From: a virus
Taxonomy: Duplodnaviria; Caudoviricetes
Virus record (IMG/VR): IMGVR_UViG_3300025021_000154
Location: 1 to 64,000 of that record
Length of the DNA stretch: 64,000 nucleotides
Direction: 5' to 3' (one strand)
Shown: one piece after another, positions 8,397 through 19,167 of the stretch
How the letters are laid out: each line of letters begins with the position of its first letter
Position numbering within the stretch: position 1 is the stretch's first letter
The notes under the pieces: model-generated
What the model was told of the DNA's origin: nothing
The model's input: only the letters and a program-made list of their open reading frames with translations
Databases searched by the model: none
Translations under genes and position numbers: made by a program

Positions 8397-9409
8397 GCGA
8401 ATTGATGACCACCACCTATTCTATGTGGCGGCTGTTCCGCAACTGTCGTATGGCCTGCAAGTGGCGCTACATCGACGAGCTGGTGCCACTCGAGCGCGAT
8501 CCCAACCTGGCCTTCGGCGCAGTCATCCACGACTGTCTGGAATGCTGGCACGGTGAACGGGATCTGGCCAATGTCCTCGACCACATCGACAGGACCTATC
8601 CGAACCGGGCGCAGGACGATCATCAGCAAGCGGACTGGCACCTGGCTAGAGCCATGATGAGCGCCTATGCGGAACGCTACCCAGCCGAAGATTTCGAGGT
8701 CATTGCCCTCGAGAAAACATTTGAAGGCCACATCGTCAATCCGGCGACCGGTGCCATGTCTCGCAGTTTCATCCTTGCCGGAAAGGTGGACGGTATTGTC
8801 CGTCAAGACGGCCAGTATTTCTTGCTCGAACACAAAACCGCCGCGCAGATCGACGCCAGTTATCTGGAGCGGTTGTGGACCGACTTCCAGATCATTCTCT
8901 ACGCCTGGTACCTGGAGCAGACCCTCGGCATCACGGTCAGCGGCATCATCTATAACGTCCTGGTCAAAGCCCGACTGCGTCAGGGGAAAGGTGAAACCGA
9001 AGCTGAATACGAAGCCCGCCGAGACGAGCTGATCGCCAAGTCGAAAACCGGCAAGAGCAGCGCCAAACGCAAACTCCCGGAGGAGGACGACGCCTTTCAG
9101 CAGCGGCTCCAGGAAAAGTACCTCGAGCCAGGCATGTTCCACCGCGAGATGCTCTACATCTCCCGCGATCAGTTCGAAGAGCTGCGGGCCGAGCTGTGGG
9201 AACTCTCCAAGGCCATGCTCGATGCCCGTCGACGCAATGTCTTCTACCGCAATACCGGTTTCTGTTTTCAGTACGGAAGACCCTGCGCCTACTTCCAGCT
9301 CTGCCGTTCGGGCGGAAACCCCAACGTTATCGAGAACCATTTCCAACGAATCGCCCCGCACGAAGAATTGCGGGACGGAGCCGGTGAAGACGCCGCTCCG
9401 GTGTTTTGA
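8393..9409 (+). CDS. PD-(D/E)XK exonuclease (RecB/Cas4-like)
   Basis: AGKVDGIV..LLEHKT, QIILY; N-terminal Cys plus C-terminal CFQYGRPCAYFQLC cluster. Confidence 0.85.
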   Translation: MSELMTTTYSMWRLFRNCRMACKWRYIDELVPLERDPNLAFGAVIHDCLECWHGERDLANVLDHIDRTYPNRAQDDHQQADWHLARAMMSAYAERYPAEDFEVIALEKTFEGHIVNPATGAMSRSFILAGKVDGIVRQDGQYFLLEHKTAAQIDASYLERLWTDFQIILYAWYLEQTLGITVSGIIYNVLVKARLRQGKGETEAEYEARRDELIAKSKTGKSSAKRKLPEEDDAFQQRLQEKYLEPGMFHREMLYISRDQFEELRAELWELSKAMLDARRRNVFYRNTGFCFQYGRPCAYFQLCRSGGNPNVIENHFQRIAPHEELRDGAGEDAAPVF

Positions 9410-9435
9410 AATCCCAACCATAAGGAGACGAAGCC

Positions 9436-10206
9436 ATGCTTCCCAAGACTAGAACCAAACCCAAACACACACTCTCGGACCTCACCGCCTTAGTGTATGG
9501 CCCGAGCAAAATCGGCAAAAGCACCTGGTGCTCCAGAGCCGAGGATGCCTTGTTCCTGGCGACCGAGCCGGGGCTGAACGCCCTTGAAGTGTTCCAGACG
9601 CCGATTACCTGCTGGGATGACCTGCTGCAGGCCTGTGCGGAGATCGCTGAAGGCAAGCATGAGTTCAAAACCATCGTCCTCGATACGGTGGATAACGCTT
9701 ATAAGATGTGTTCGGACTACGTCTGCAAAAAGTTCAAGATCGAGCACGAGTCCGACCTCGGCTACGGCAAGGGTTATGCGCTGATCAACAACGAGTTTCA
9801 GCGGGTAATCAACAAACTCGCCTTCCTGCCCTACGGGCTGATCCTGATTTCGCACTCACAGGAGCGGGATATCGAAACCCGAACCGGCAAGCACACCCGC
9901 ATTGTTCCAACGCTGCCGGATAAAGCGCGAAAGCTGGTCACCGGACTGGTCGATTTGATCCTCTTTTGCGACCTTGACATGAAACCCGGTGAGGATGGCA
10001 AGCCTGTCTGGCAACGGGTGATGCGCACCAAGCCCAGTCCCAACTACGACGCCGGTGACCGCACCGGCCGACTCCCCGAAGTCATCCCCCTTGATTTTAT
10101 GAGCTTCATAAAAGCGTTCAACAGCACGGCAACCGTAGCTGCGGCGAGTGCCGCACGGTCGAAGCCGGAGCCGACCGCGAGTGCGGCGGCGAAACCTCAA
10201 CAGTAA
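9436..10206 (+). CDS. AAA_24/Sak4-like ATPase (recombination)
   Basis: Walker A YGPSKIGKST, TIVLDTVD, LISH. Confidence 0.85.
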   Translation: MLPKTRTKPKHTLSDLTALVYGPSKIGKSTWCSRAEDALFLATEPGLNALEVFQTPITCWDDLLQACAEIAEGKHEFKTIVLDTVDNAYKMCSDYVCKKFKIEHESDLGYGKGYALINNEFQRVINKLAFLPYGLILISHSQERDIETRTGKHTRIVPTLPDKARKLVTGLVDLILFCDLDMKPGEDGKPVWQRVMRTKPSPNYDAGDRTGRLPEVIPLDFMSFIKAFNSTATVAAASAARSKPEPTASAAAKPQQ

Positions 10207-10218
10207 GGAGATCCGACC

Positions 10219-10692
10219 ATGGAACAGTACGAAAACCAATCCAACAGCAACCTCGACCTGGCGCAGTTCGATGACGCCTTCGAAACTGCTGAAGTCGAGG
10301 AACGTGAGTTCGAGGCCGTACCCGACGGCAAGTACCAGGTCAATGTCGACCGGGTCGAACTGACCCGCGCCCAGACCTCGGGTAACCCCATGCTCAAATG
10401 GACGCTGCGCATTCTCGCACCGACCCACAAGGGACGTCTGCTCTGGCGCAACAACGTCATGGCCAGCAGCGAGAACATCAAGTGGCTCAAGCAGGATCTT
10501 TACACCTGCGGGCTGCAGCTCCAGAAGCTCTCCGACCTGCCGGGCAGCCTCGAGCAGCTTCTCAACGTCAAGCTGGAGGTGACCAAGCGCACTCGCGGTG
10601 AAAACGAAAACATCTACTTCAACCGTCGCATTGTCATTGCCGACGATGCCGGGGCTCCCGGCGCGGCGATGGACGATATGATCCCGTTCTGA
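10219..10692 (+). CDS. DUF669 SSB-like protein
   Basis: PDGKYQVNV...SGNPMLKW; acidic C-terminus ending DDMIPF; follows Sak4. Confidence 0.8.
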   Translation: MEQYENQSNSNLDLAQFDDAFETAEVEEREFEAVPDGKYQVNVDRVELTRAQTSGNPMLKWTLRILAPTHKGRLLWRNNVMASSENIKWLKQDLYTCGLQLQKLSDLPGSLEQLLNVKLEVTKRTRGENENIYFNRRIVIADDAGAPGAAMDDMIPF

Positions 10693-11174
10693 TGATGGAC
10701 CGGATCACCGTTGTCGTCGACACCCGCGAACAGGAGCCCTACAGCTTCGACGCCGACAAGGTTGCGGCGGTTCGCAAGGCGCTGCCAGCCGGTGATTACT
10801 CGCTGGTCGGCCTCGAGGACCGGGTGGCGGTGGAGCGCAAATCCCTGACGGATTTCGTCTCCACCGTCATCCGGGGGCGCAAGCGGTTCCACCGCGAGCT
10901 GGACAAGCTCTCCGCCTATGAAGCCGCCTGCGTGGTTGTAGAGTGCAACTTTCGCGATCTGGTCGATGGCCGCTACCGCAGCGATGCCCACCCGCACGCG
11001 CTGATCGGAACGGTCGCCTCCATCGTCGTCGACTTCGGTGTCCCCGTCTACTTCTGCTCGGACCGGCAGGCCGCCTGCCGTTTTGTCGAGGAGTTCCTGA
11101 CACGTTTTCACCGGAGGATCGCGAGATGCCAAAAAGATGTGAAAGTACCCCGGCGCGACTCCGGGGAAGAATAG
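10692..11174 (+). CDS. ERCC4/XPF-domain nuclease
   Basis: VDTREQ, GDYS, VERKS motifs. Confidence 0.9.
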   Translation: MMDRITVVVDTREQEPYSFDADKVAAVRKALPAGDYSLVGLEDRVAVERKSLTDFVSTVIRGRKRFHRELDKLSAYEAACVVVECNFRDLVDGRYRSDAHPHALIGTVASIVVDFGVPVYFCSDRQAACRFVEEFLTRFHRRIARCQKDVKVPRRDSGEE

Positions 11175-13330
11175 AGCGCGTTTATTATGCCGGACCCAAG
11201 TTCTCCGCAGGCCGACTGCTCGCCCCGACCGGTGAGGAAGTCCAGTTCGCGGGCAATTTGTTCGCCCGTGAGAATCAGCCTGTGGTCCTGCTCGGGTCGT
11301 GGGCCACCCATCCCAAATACGGCCGTCAGTTCAAGGTCGACGGGATGGAGCACGACCTCGAACTCGATCCGGAGGGGCTGATCCACTATCTGGCCAACCA
11401 TCCGGAGATCAAGGGCATTGGTCCGGCCAAGGCCAGATTGATCGTCGAGAGTTTCGGCGACGCCTTTGAAGAAACCCTTCTGAATGACCCCGAGCGCATC
11501 GCGCTCAAAGCCCGGCTGCCCTTGGATGCTGCCCGGCGGCTGCGTGACGAATGGTTGAAGAACCGCAGCGTCAACGCCGTCATGGCCTGGTTGTCGGCAT
11601 TCGGACTGACCCATCATCAGGTCACCACTCTGGTCGAAAGACTCGGCGGCAACTGCCTCGATATTCTGAAGGAAGACCCGTACATCCTCATTCGGGAGAT
11701 CCGGGGATTCGGCTTCAAGAAGGTCGACAAGATCGCCCGCAAGCTGGGCACCCCCAAGGACCACACCCCACGTATCCGGGCCGGGTTGAATTTCTGCGTC
11801 CGTGAAGCCCTGGACAATGGCCACTGCTGGATCGAATACGAGGATCTCGTCGACCAGGCCAATTTGCTGCTGGTCATGGATGCCCTGGACAGCCGGGTCC
11901 GTGTCGAGAGCGCCCTCGATGCGCTTATCGACGAACACGCGCTTGCCTGTGACTCGCACGGCGGGCGCTTCGTGGTCGCTCTGCCGGAGATCGTCCGCAT
12001 GGAGCGGGAGCTGGCTTCTCTGTTCGGCCAGGCCGAAACACCCAATCTTCATTTCCAGTCCGTCAAGAAACTCGACGCCCTGATTCGGCGCTGCGCTGCG
12101 ACGCTAAACGAGAAGCAGCTCGATGCGGTCCGCTCGGCCCTCAAGCACAGCATCAGCCTGATTTCGGGTGGAGCCGGTTCGGGCAAGAGCTACACCATTT
12201 CGGTCATCAACACCATCTGCGAGGAGAGCGATCTGGAGGTCGTGCTCGCCGCGCCGACCGGCAAGGCGGCCAAGCGCCTGGAGGAAGTCAGCGGTCGCAG
12301 CGGCACCACCATTCACCGCCTGCTTGGCTATGACGGCAAGGGTTTTTCCCGCAACAAGGAGAACCCCATCGATACCGACGTCCTAGTGGTCGACGAGTTT
12401 TCGATGGTCGACGTGCCGCTGGCGTGGCACCTGTTCGAAGCGGTTGACCTGTCGCGGACCACGTTGCTGCTGGTCGGTGACCACAACCAGCTTCCGCCGG
12501 TGGGACCCGGAAACATCCTGCGCGATCTCATCCAGACACACGCCATTCCCACGGTCATCCTCGACAAGGTCGTGCGCCAAGCTGGCGTCTTGAAGGAAAA
12601 CTGTACCGCCATCCTCAAAGGCGAGGTGCGAAAAACCAGCGAGATTTCCGTATCCGGATGCCGGGACTGGTATCTGGTGGACCAGTTCACCGATCCGATG
12701 GCGGCACGCTCTTTCCTGCTGGAGCTGTTCCAGCAGCGACTCGACGCCCTGGGTTTCGACATCATCAAGGACGTGCAGGTACTGACGCCCACCCACAAGG
12801 GACCGCTCGGCACCAAGGAGCTCAACGAGGAACTGCAGCGGCTCATCCAGCGCAAGCTCTGGAACACCGAAGTGCCGCCCATCGCCACGGGCCGCCGCGC
12901 TCCGTTTCTCAAGCACGACAAGGTCATCCAGACCCGGAACAACTACGACCTGAACGTGATGAACGGTGCCATCGGTTATGTGGTCGATGTCCTCGCGAAC
13001 GGCACCCTGGTTATCGACTTCGACGGTATGCCGGTGGAACTGGAGAAGGGTTCGCCCGACCTGCAGGATCTGCAGCTCGCCTATGTGCTCACGATCCACA
13101 AAACCCAGGGTTCCGAGTTCCTCTGCGCCGTGGTGGTGGTCCACAAGGTTCATTCCTTCATGCACCACCGCAATCTGCTCTACACCGGGGTGACCCGCGC
13201 CCGGCGCACTGCCATTGTCCTGGGAGACCATTGGGGCATCCAGAACTGCGCCAAGCGTTGCCAGGTGGATGACCGCCGGACCTTTCTGCCCCTGTTTCTG
13301 GACGCCGCCAAGCACGCGGAGGCCGAATGA
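11126..13330 (+). CDS. recD2: ATP-dependent RecD2-like SF1B helicase
   Basis: OB fold, GIGPAKA HhH, GGAGSGKS, VVDEFSM, GDHNQLPPVG, TIHKTQGSE, YTGVTRA; ATG 11126 with GGAGG. Confidence 0.92.
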   Translation: MPKRCESTPARLRGRIERVYYAGPKFSAGRLLAPTGEEVQFAGNLFARENQPVVLLGSWATHPKYGRQFKVDGMEHDLELDPEGLIHYLANHPEIKGIGPAKARLIVESFGDAFEETLLNDPERIALKARLPLDAARRLRDEWLKNRSVNAVMAWLSAFGLTHHQVTTLVERLGGNCLDILKEDPYILIREIRGFGFKKVDKIARKLGTPKDHTPRIRAGLNFCVREALDNGHCWIEYEDLVDQANLLLVMDALDSRVRVESALDALIDEHALACDSHGGRFVVALPEIVRMERELASLFGQAETPNLHFQSVKKLDALIRRCAATLNEKQLDAVRSALKHSISLISGGAGSGKSYTISVINTICEESDLEVVLAAPTGKAAKRLEEVSGRSGTTIHRLLGYDGKGFSRNKENPIDTDVLVVDEFSMVDVPLAWHLFEAVDLSRTTLLLVGDHNQLPPVGPGNILRDLIQTHAIPTVILDKVVRQAGVLKENCTAILKGEVRKTSEISVSGCRDWYLVDQFTDPMAARSFLLELFQQRLDALGFDIIKDVQVLTPTHKGPLGTKELNEELQRLIQRKLWNTEVPPIATGRRAPFLKHDKVIQTRNNYDLNVMNGAIGYVVDVLANGTLVIDFDGMPVELEKGSPDLQDLQLAYVLTIHKTQGSEFLCAVVVVHKVHSFMHHRNLLYTGVTRARRTAIVLGDHWGIQNCAKRCQVDDRRTFLPLFLDAAKHAEAE

Positions 13331-16300
13331 GTATGGGCGGAACGGATAACGTCAAGGAGTATTACCGGCTCGTCACCGAGATGGATATCGGTGACGTGGC
13401 CCGGGAACTCCTGCCGGGACGGATCACCCAGGAGACCGGCCAGCGATTGATGTGCGACTGCCCCAACCATCAGAGCCAGTCGCGCCTTTCGCTGCAGGTG
13501 ATGCTCGACAAGCAGGGCTGGTACTGCTTCGGCTGCGGGGTCGGCGGCGATGTGCTACAGCTCGTGGAGTTCATTCAGACAGGCTCGGTCACCGCCGGGC
13601 AATCCGGTCCGATGCCTGACAGCCACCGCCAGGCCAGGGACTATCTCGCCAAGAAGGCGGGCTTGCCGCCGCTGTCGCGCTATGGCCTCAGCCAGGAGCG
13701 TCTGGCCCAGACGGAGGCCGACCGCGCCTTCGAGCTGCGGGTCAAGGACGCGCTGACCGCGCTGGCCAGGCTTTACCACGCCAGGCTCAAGGAGTCGCGG
13801 GAAGTCCTAGACTGGCTGAAATCCAAATACGCCCTGAGCGAGGAGACCATCGACGATCTCCTGATCGGCTATGCGGACAATGCGTCCGGCGCGGTCGCCC
13901 AACTGACCGGGGACGAAAACGGATTCTCCAAGCGGGAGCTCGCCGCCACCGGCGCGTTCCGCCCCACCAGCCAGGACGGCCTGACGCCATTTTTCGAGCG
14001 CCGGATCGTCTTTCCGTACTGGAGCCGTGGCCGGGTGGTGTTCATGATCGGCCGCAAGACGCCGTGGACTCCGGACGTGGGCTGGGAGCAAGGGAAGTAC
14101 AAGAAGCTGCCGGTTCACGACGAACACCAGCGGCCTTACGTTGCCGACTTCATCAACAACGCGCTGTTGTTCAACGAGGACTGCCTGCTGGCCAGGCCCG
14201 GCAAAGTGATCATCACCGAGGGGGTGACCGATTGCCTGGCGCTGATGCAACTGGGCCTGCCCACCGTATCGCCGGTCACCGTCCGCATCCGGGCCGCCGA
14301 CTGGGAGCGCCTGATCCCCAAGCTGCGCGGCGTCGAAACCGTCTACATCTGCCAGGACAACGAACTCTCCCAGGCCGGTCTCAAGGGGGCGCTGCAAACC
14401 GCTCGCACCCTGGCCGAACACAAGATCGATACCCGCCTGGTGACGCTGCCGTTGTCGGAGACACAGATTTCGGCAAGGCAGGAGCTGACCGAACGGTTCG
14501 GCCTGACGGCGAGCGTGGGGCCGAAGGAGCTGGCCAAGCTGCTGGCGGGACGACCCGCCGATGAAATTCAGGCGGCCGAGGCTCTTCTCAACACCGCCAA
14601 GATCGACGTCAACGATTACATCGCGGCCGGACATACCCGGGAGGATTTCGAGCGCCTTCTTGTGGAGGCCAGCACGCCCATCGAGTTTGGCGTGCGCTCA
14701 TTACCAGCAGACATCCCGGAGGAGGATCGCAATCGCCTGCTTGAACCGATCCTGGGGGAGATTTCCGAGCAGTCGCCGCTGGAACAGGTCCGCCTGCTGA
14801 AGCTGGTGCAGGAGCGTATCGGCGGTGGCGTCTCCATGGCTACCCTGAAGGAACAGATCCGCGCCATCCAGAAGGACCGCAAGGTCGAGTTCCGCAACGA
14901 AAAGAAAAAGGCCAAGCGGATGTCCGGCGCGATGCCCGGATCATGCCGCGCCCGGGTCGACGAGGTACTGATCGACACGGAACTGGAGAACGGCGCTCCC
15001 GACTACACCCTGGCGGCCGAAGCCGCCTACGAATGGTTCAACGCCAATGGTGCCCAGTTCTTTCACACCCTGCAGGGCGAGCCGTTCATGTATTTCGACA
15101 ACGCCATCTACTGGATGGATTCGCCGGACCGAGGCCGCAAGCGCCATTACGCGGCCATGCTCTACAAGCACACGGGCATGGTGCCGACCACGGGTGGCGG
15201 CCGGACATTTTTCGAGGTGCTGCCCAGCCTGGCGATGATCCGTGGACAGGTGCGCGACCATTTCTCCTGGCTGCACACCGATGTGGCTTCCTACACCGTC
15301 TATTTCAACCTGAACAATCCGGAACACGAGATCGCCAAGATCACCCCGGACGAAATCCGGATCATGAAGAATGGCGGGAACGAAGACGGCATCATCCTGG
15401 ACGGCTCGCGGAAGATGAAGCCGCTGAAGTTTCTGCCCGACGCCGACCTCGAAGAGGCGGACCGGCTCCTGGTCGATCTGCTGGTGGGCAACATGACCTG
15501 CCCGCAAGGGGATCGGTTTCTGATCCTTTCCTGGCTCTCCTGTTTCCTGCTGATCGACTTTGCCGGAACGCGGCCCATGACCCGCTTCGAGGGCTCAGCC
15601 GGTTCGGGCAAGACCACCGCCAGCAAGATCACTTCGGCTTTGCTCTACGGTGAACCCCAGCACAAAAAAGCCACCGACGCGGCGAACTACACTGACGGTT
15701 CCCAAAACCCGCTCATCGTCCTCGACAACATCGAGGTCAAGCAGATGACCGAGGATCTGACCACCTTCATGCTAACAAGCATCACCGGTATCGCCAAGGA
15801 GAAGCGCAAGAGCGGTACCGACAGTGAGACCATCACCGAGCGGACCAAATGCCTGCTGAATACCACCGGCATCGAGCCGCTGTGCGGGGAGCTTTCGGAG
15901 ATCCTGTCGAGGTCCTTCGTTATCAACTTCGACCTCGCCAACCAGGCCAGCGATTGCTTCCTGGAATCGGAGGTCATCTCCGCCATTCAGCAGAACCGGG
16001 ACCTGATCCTTTCGGCCATCATGAAGCGCACCAGCCATGTGCTGGCAATGATCCAGAAGGGAGCTCAGAAACAGGTCATGCGCCTGCTGCACCGAACCAT
16101 GCCGACCCATGGCAAGCGCCGGTGCAACGACTATCTGAGTCTGATGTACCTGATGATGCTGGCCGGTTCCGAGGAGCACGAGGTAACCACCGGGCTTGAT
16201 GAGTTGAGCCCGCTGTTTATCAAGCAGATCCATTCCATCAATGACATCAGCCAGGAGATGGCGCGGGAGTCGAACCCCATCGCGACGGCACTGGGGTCGC

Positions 16301-16638
16301 TCTTCCACGCCTACCAAAATGCGGTGGAGCTCGACGAGAAGGCCCGCTACGGTGAGGACGACCGGGCGAACCACGTGGCCGGGTTCATCGAGCGCTACCA
16401 GGTCCGGTTCGAGAACGAGAACACATTGGAGCCGGTGTCGGCGGGACGGCTGCTCGTGGCGCTGCGCAGGGTCGGCCGGGAGTTCAACCTCGAGTTCGAA
16501 TACAAGAAACCCGCCCAGCTCGGTCGGCGCATCAGCAACGACCTGGATGTCATCCGGGACGCCGGGTTCATCATCGATCCTCGGCGCAACGCCCACACCA
16601 AGAACTTCGAGTATCGGATTAGCCGCAAAGGTGTTTAA
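13327..16638 (+). CDS. DNA primase-helicase fusion (CHC2 zinc finger + TOPRIM + P-loop ATPase)
   Basis: CPNH..WYCFGC, ITEGVTD..YICQDN, EGSAGSGKT Walker A, IVLDN Walker B. Confidence 0.88.
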   Translation: MSMGGTDNVKEYYRLVTEMDIGDVARELLPGRITQETGQRLMCDCPNHQSQSRLSLQVMLDKQGWYCFGCGVGGDVLQLVEFIQTGSVTAGQSGPMPDSHRQARDYLAKKAGLPPLSRYGLSQERLAQTEADRAFELRVKDALTALARLYHARLKESREVLDWLKSKYALSEETIDDLLIGYADNASGAVAQLTGDENGFSKRELAATGAFRPTSQDGLTPFFERRIVFPYWSRGRVVFMIGRKTPWTPDVGWEQGKYKKLPVHDEHQRPYVADFINNALLFNEDCLLARPGKVIITEGVTDCLALMQLGLPTVSPVTVRIRAADWERLIPKLRGVETVYICQDNELSQAGLKGALQTARTLAEHKIDTRLVTLPLSETQISARQELTERFGLTASVGPKELAKLLAGRPADEIQAAEALLNTAKIDVNDYIAAGHTREDFERLLVEASTPIEFGVRSLPADIPEEDRNRLLEPILGEISEQSPLEQVRLLKLVQERIGGGVSMATLKEQIRAIQKDRKVEFRNEKKKAKRMSGAMPGSCRARVDEVLIDTELENGAPDYTLAAEAAYEWFNANGAQFFHTLQGEPFMYFDNAIYWMDSPDRGRKRHYAAMLYKHTGMVPTTGGGRTFFEVLPSLAMIRGQVRDHFSWLHTDVASYTVYFNLNNPEHEIAKITPDEIRIMKNGGNEDGIILDGSRKMKPLKFLPDADLEEADRLLVDLLVGNMTCPQGDRFLILSWLSCFLLIDFAGTRPMTRFEGSAGSGKTTASKITSALLYGEPQHKKATDAANYTDGSQNPLIVLDNIEVKQMTEDLTTFMLTSITGIAKEKRKSGTDSETITERTKCLLNTTGIEPLCGELSEILSRSFVINFDLANQASDCFLESEVISAIQQNRDLILSAIMKRTSHVLAMIQKGAQKQVMRLLHRTMPTHGKRRCNDYLSLMYLMMLAGSEEHEVTTGLDELSPLFIKQIHSINDISQEMARESNPIATALGSLFHAYQNAVELDEKARYGEDDRANHVAGFIERYQVRFENENTLEPVSAGRLLVALRRVGREFNLEFEYKKPAQLGRRISNDLDVIRDAGFIIDPRRNAHTKNFEYRISRKGV

Positions 16639-16659
16639 CGAGATATTTTCTCTTTTAAA

Positions 16660-16688
16660 TTGACTTTCAGGCCACTGTCGCCTATATT
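16660..16688 (+). promoter_or_regulatory. Sigma70 promoter of the rloAB cassette
   Basis: TTGACT-N17-TATATT, followed by AGGAGG RBS. Confidence 0.7.
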
Positions 16689-16731
16689 AAAGGCATGATA
16701 AAGCGAATATTTCACTTTAGGAGGCGGTAAG

Positions 16732-18078
16732 ATGATAGTCAGTTTCTCACTCGAAAACTGGATGTCCTTCCGCAGCCGGGTCACTTTTTCGATGGTCGCC
16801 AGTAGGGAGCGCCAGCACGGAGACAGGGTTCCCAAGCTCGGCAAGTACCAGACGAGAGTTCTTCCGGTTGCGGCAATTTACGGCGGCAACGCGTCGGGCA
16901 AGACCAATTTCTTCAAGGCCCTGAGCTTTGCAAAGGCGCTGGTCGTCAAGGGCACACAGCCCGACAGCCTGATCCCTGTCGAGCCGTTCCGGCTGGACGC
17001 CAAGGGGGCCGGACAGCCGTCGCGGTTTGGCTTCGAGCTGCTGATCGACGAGATCATTTACGAGTTCAGCTTCGCGGTAACCCGCAAGGCTATCCTGGAA
17101 GAAAAGCTGGTGGTGATCACGAGCACCAGCGAGAAGGTGCTCTATGACCGCCGCGAAGGAATGCCCAATTTTGACGATTCGTTGACCAAAGACCAATTCC
17201 TTCAGTTCGCCTTCAAGGGGACCCGGGACAACCAACTTTTCCTGACCAATTCCGTTTCTCAAAAGGTCGACAATTTTCGGCCGGTCTACGACTGGTTCAA
17301 GGACACGCTTGAGCTGGTTGCGCCCGACTCGCGTTTCGAGCCTTTCGAGCAGTTCCTCGATGAGGGGCATCCCCTCTATACCACCATGAACGAGATGCTG
17401 CCGCAGCTCGACACGGGGATTGCCCACCTGGGCGGCGAAGAGATCCCGTTCGAAAACATCCCTCTGCCGGAGCCATTGAAGACCAAACTCCAGGAAGATG
17501 TGAAAGAAGGCATGACTGTCCGGTTGATGACGGAACCTATCAACGAGCGGTTCATTGTCACCCGTAAGGGCGGTGAATTGATTGCGAAGAAGCTGGTGAC
17601 CTTCCATCCGAAGTCGGACGGAACAGAGGCCAAATTCGAGATCCGCCAAGAGTCGGACGGTTCACAGCGGGTCATAGACCTTCTGCCTGCTTTCCTTGAG
17701 CTTTCGGCGCAAACCTCAAAGAAAGTCTATGTCATCGATGAAGTTGACCGCAGTCTGCATACCTTGCTGACTCGACGACTGCTCGATGCATACTTGTCCA
17801 ACTGCTCCACGGAAACAAGGTCGCAGTTGCTGCTGACGACCCATGACGTTCTGCTCATGGATCAGCAGCTGTTGCGTCGAGACGAGATGTGGGTGGCGGA
17901 AAGAGACGCTTCAGGAGCATCGAATCTGCTTTCCTTCAGCGAGTACAAGGATGTCCGCTACGACAAGGATATCCGAAAAAGCTACCTACAGGGTCGGCTT
18001 GGAGGAATCCCTCGCATCTTGCTGGGAGGGACACTGACAAATCCCTGCCTCATGGAGGAAAGCGAGGGGGATGAGTGA
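16732..18078 (+). CDS. rloA: AAA_21 ABC-type ATPase (RloA/AbiLi-like)
   Basis: [34 protein letters not shown]. Confidence 0.85.
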   Translation: MIVSFSLENWMSFRSRVTFSMVASRERQHGDRVPKLGKYQTRVLPVAAIYGGNASGKTNFFKALSFAKALVVKGTQPDSLIPVEPFRLDAKGAGQPSRFGFELLIDEIIYEFSFAVTRKAILEEKLVVITSTSEKVLYDRREGMPNFDDSLTKDQFLQFAFKGTRDNQLFLTNSVSQKVDNFRPVYDWFKDTLELVAPDSRFEPFEQFLDEGHPLYTTMNEMLPQLDTGIAHLGGEEIPFENIPLPEPLKTKLQEDVKEGMTVRLMTEPINERFIVTRKGGELIAKKLVTFHPKSDGTEAKFEIRQESDGSQRVIDLLPAFLELSAQTSKKVYVIDEVDRSLHTLLTRRLLDAYLSNCSTETRSQLLLTTHDVLLMDQQLLRRDEMWVAERDASGASNLLSFSEYKDVRYDKDIRKSYLQGRLGGIPRILLGGTLTNPCLMEESEGDE

Positions 18079-18674
18079 TGCCGCCGAAAAGACGTAAATT
18101 TCAGAGACCACTCGGCGAACGGCGCTATCGAAAACTGTTCGTCCTCGCGGTTGAAGGCGTCAAGACCGAGCCACAGTATTTCGCCATTTTCAACGATCAA
18201 CATTCGGTGATCCGAGTGAATTGCTTGAAAGGCAATCATGACAGCTCGCCGCTACAGGTCTTGAAGCGCATGGAAGACCACCTCAAGCAGGAAGCACTGA
18301 GAGCCTCGGATGAGGCATGGCTGGTGGTGGACAAGGACCAGTGGACCGATGAGCAGTTGGCCCAGCTTCACGCATGGTCGCTGGGGCATGACAATTACGG
18401 ATTTGCCCTCAGTAATCCCAAATTCGAGTATTGGCTGCTACTCCACTTTGAAGACGGCACAGCTATCGGTTCGTCACGTGAGTGTTCCGACCGATTAAAG
18501 CGACATCTACCCGATTACGACAAGGGCATCGATGTTCGCAAAATAACGCGGGACAGGATCGACGACGCTATCCGCCGCGCCAGAGTTCGAAACAATCCTC
18601 CCTGCGTCGACTGGCCACGTGCCCTTGGTGGCACGACGGTCTACAATTTGGTCGAAAACATCCTCCAAGCCTGA
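18075..18674 (+). CDS. rloB: RloB family protein (AbiLii-like)
   Basis: [32 protein letters not shown]. Confidence 0.88.
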   Translation: MMPPKRRKFQRPLGERRYRKLFVLAVEGVKTEPQYFAIFNDQHSVIRVNCLKGNHDSSPLQVLKRMEDHLKQEALRASDEAWLVVDKDQWTDEQLAQLHAWSLGHDNYGFALSNPKFEYWLLLHFEDGTAIGSSRECSDRLKRHLPDYDKGIDVRKITRDRIDDAIRRARVRNNPPCVDWPRALGGTTVYNLVENILQA

Positions 18675-18702
18675 GCTGAAACTAGCTCAACATCGAATTA
18701 TC

Positions 18703-18730
18703 AAGGACGCTCTCGGGCGTCCTTTTCTGT
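18703..18730 (+). terminator. Intrinsic terminator after rloB
   Basis: AAGGACGC-tctcgg-GCGTCCTT followed by TTCTGT. Confidence 0.75.
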
Positions 18731-18733
18731 TTC

Positions 18734-19085
18734 TGCGGTGGTGCGGTGGCAGGCTGAAGCCTTTGCGGTGGATGACCACCGCACGCCAAACCCTTGCCAG
18801 ATAAGGCTTTCATGCCATTTGCGGTGGTTGCGGTGGTAATTCCAGAGGTCTTACCCCCTATGGGCAAAAAATATTACCAAGTCACCCCTCCGACAACAGG
18901 GCAACGTAAAAAAACGATGCCAGCGCGAGAGACATTCCCAGAATACCACCGCAACCACCGCACTCTCTCTTCTCTTTCTTTATAACTATCTAAAAACAAA
19001 GAACTAAAAACCTTAAATAACCTGCGGTTGGAGGGCGAAATTTACCACCGCACGACAACCGCAACCACCGCAGATATCCACCGCA
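18734..19085. repeat. Candidate replication origin with (C/A)ACCGCA iterons
   Basis: 13 copies (6 minus, 7 plus) around an AT-rich core at ~18962-19022; two more at 19250 and 19259. Confidence 0.7.
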
Positions 19086-19095
19086 GCAGGTGGTC

Positions 19096-19127
19096 ACCGA
19101 CGGTTTCAGGCCCGATCCGGTAAGTAA
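19096..19127 (+). promoter_or_regulatory. Phage-sigma promoter motif copy 3
   Basis: ACCGAC-N14-TCCGGTAAGTAA. Confidence 0.75.
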
Positions 19128-19167
19128 CGGGAAAAGCGATTAACCCGTATTTCTGGAGCCTGAAGCC

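Noticed and set aside
8393-9409. Cas4 as evidence of a CRISPR system
   Set aside because: Context is the Sak4/SSB recombination module; no cas1/cas2 or array
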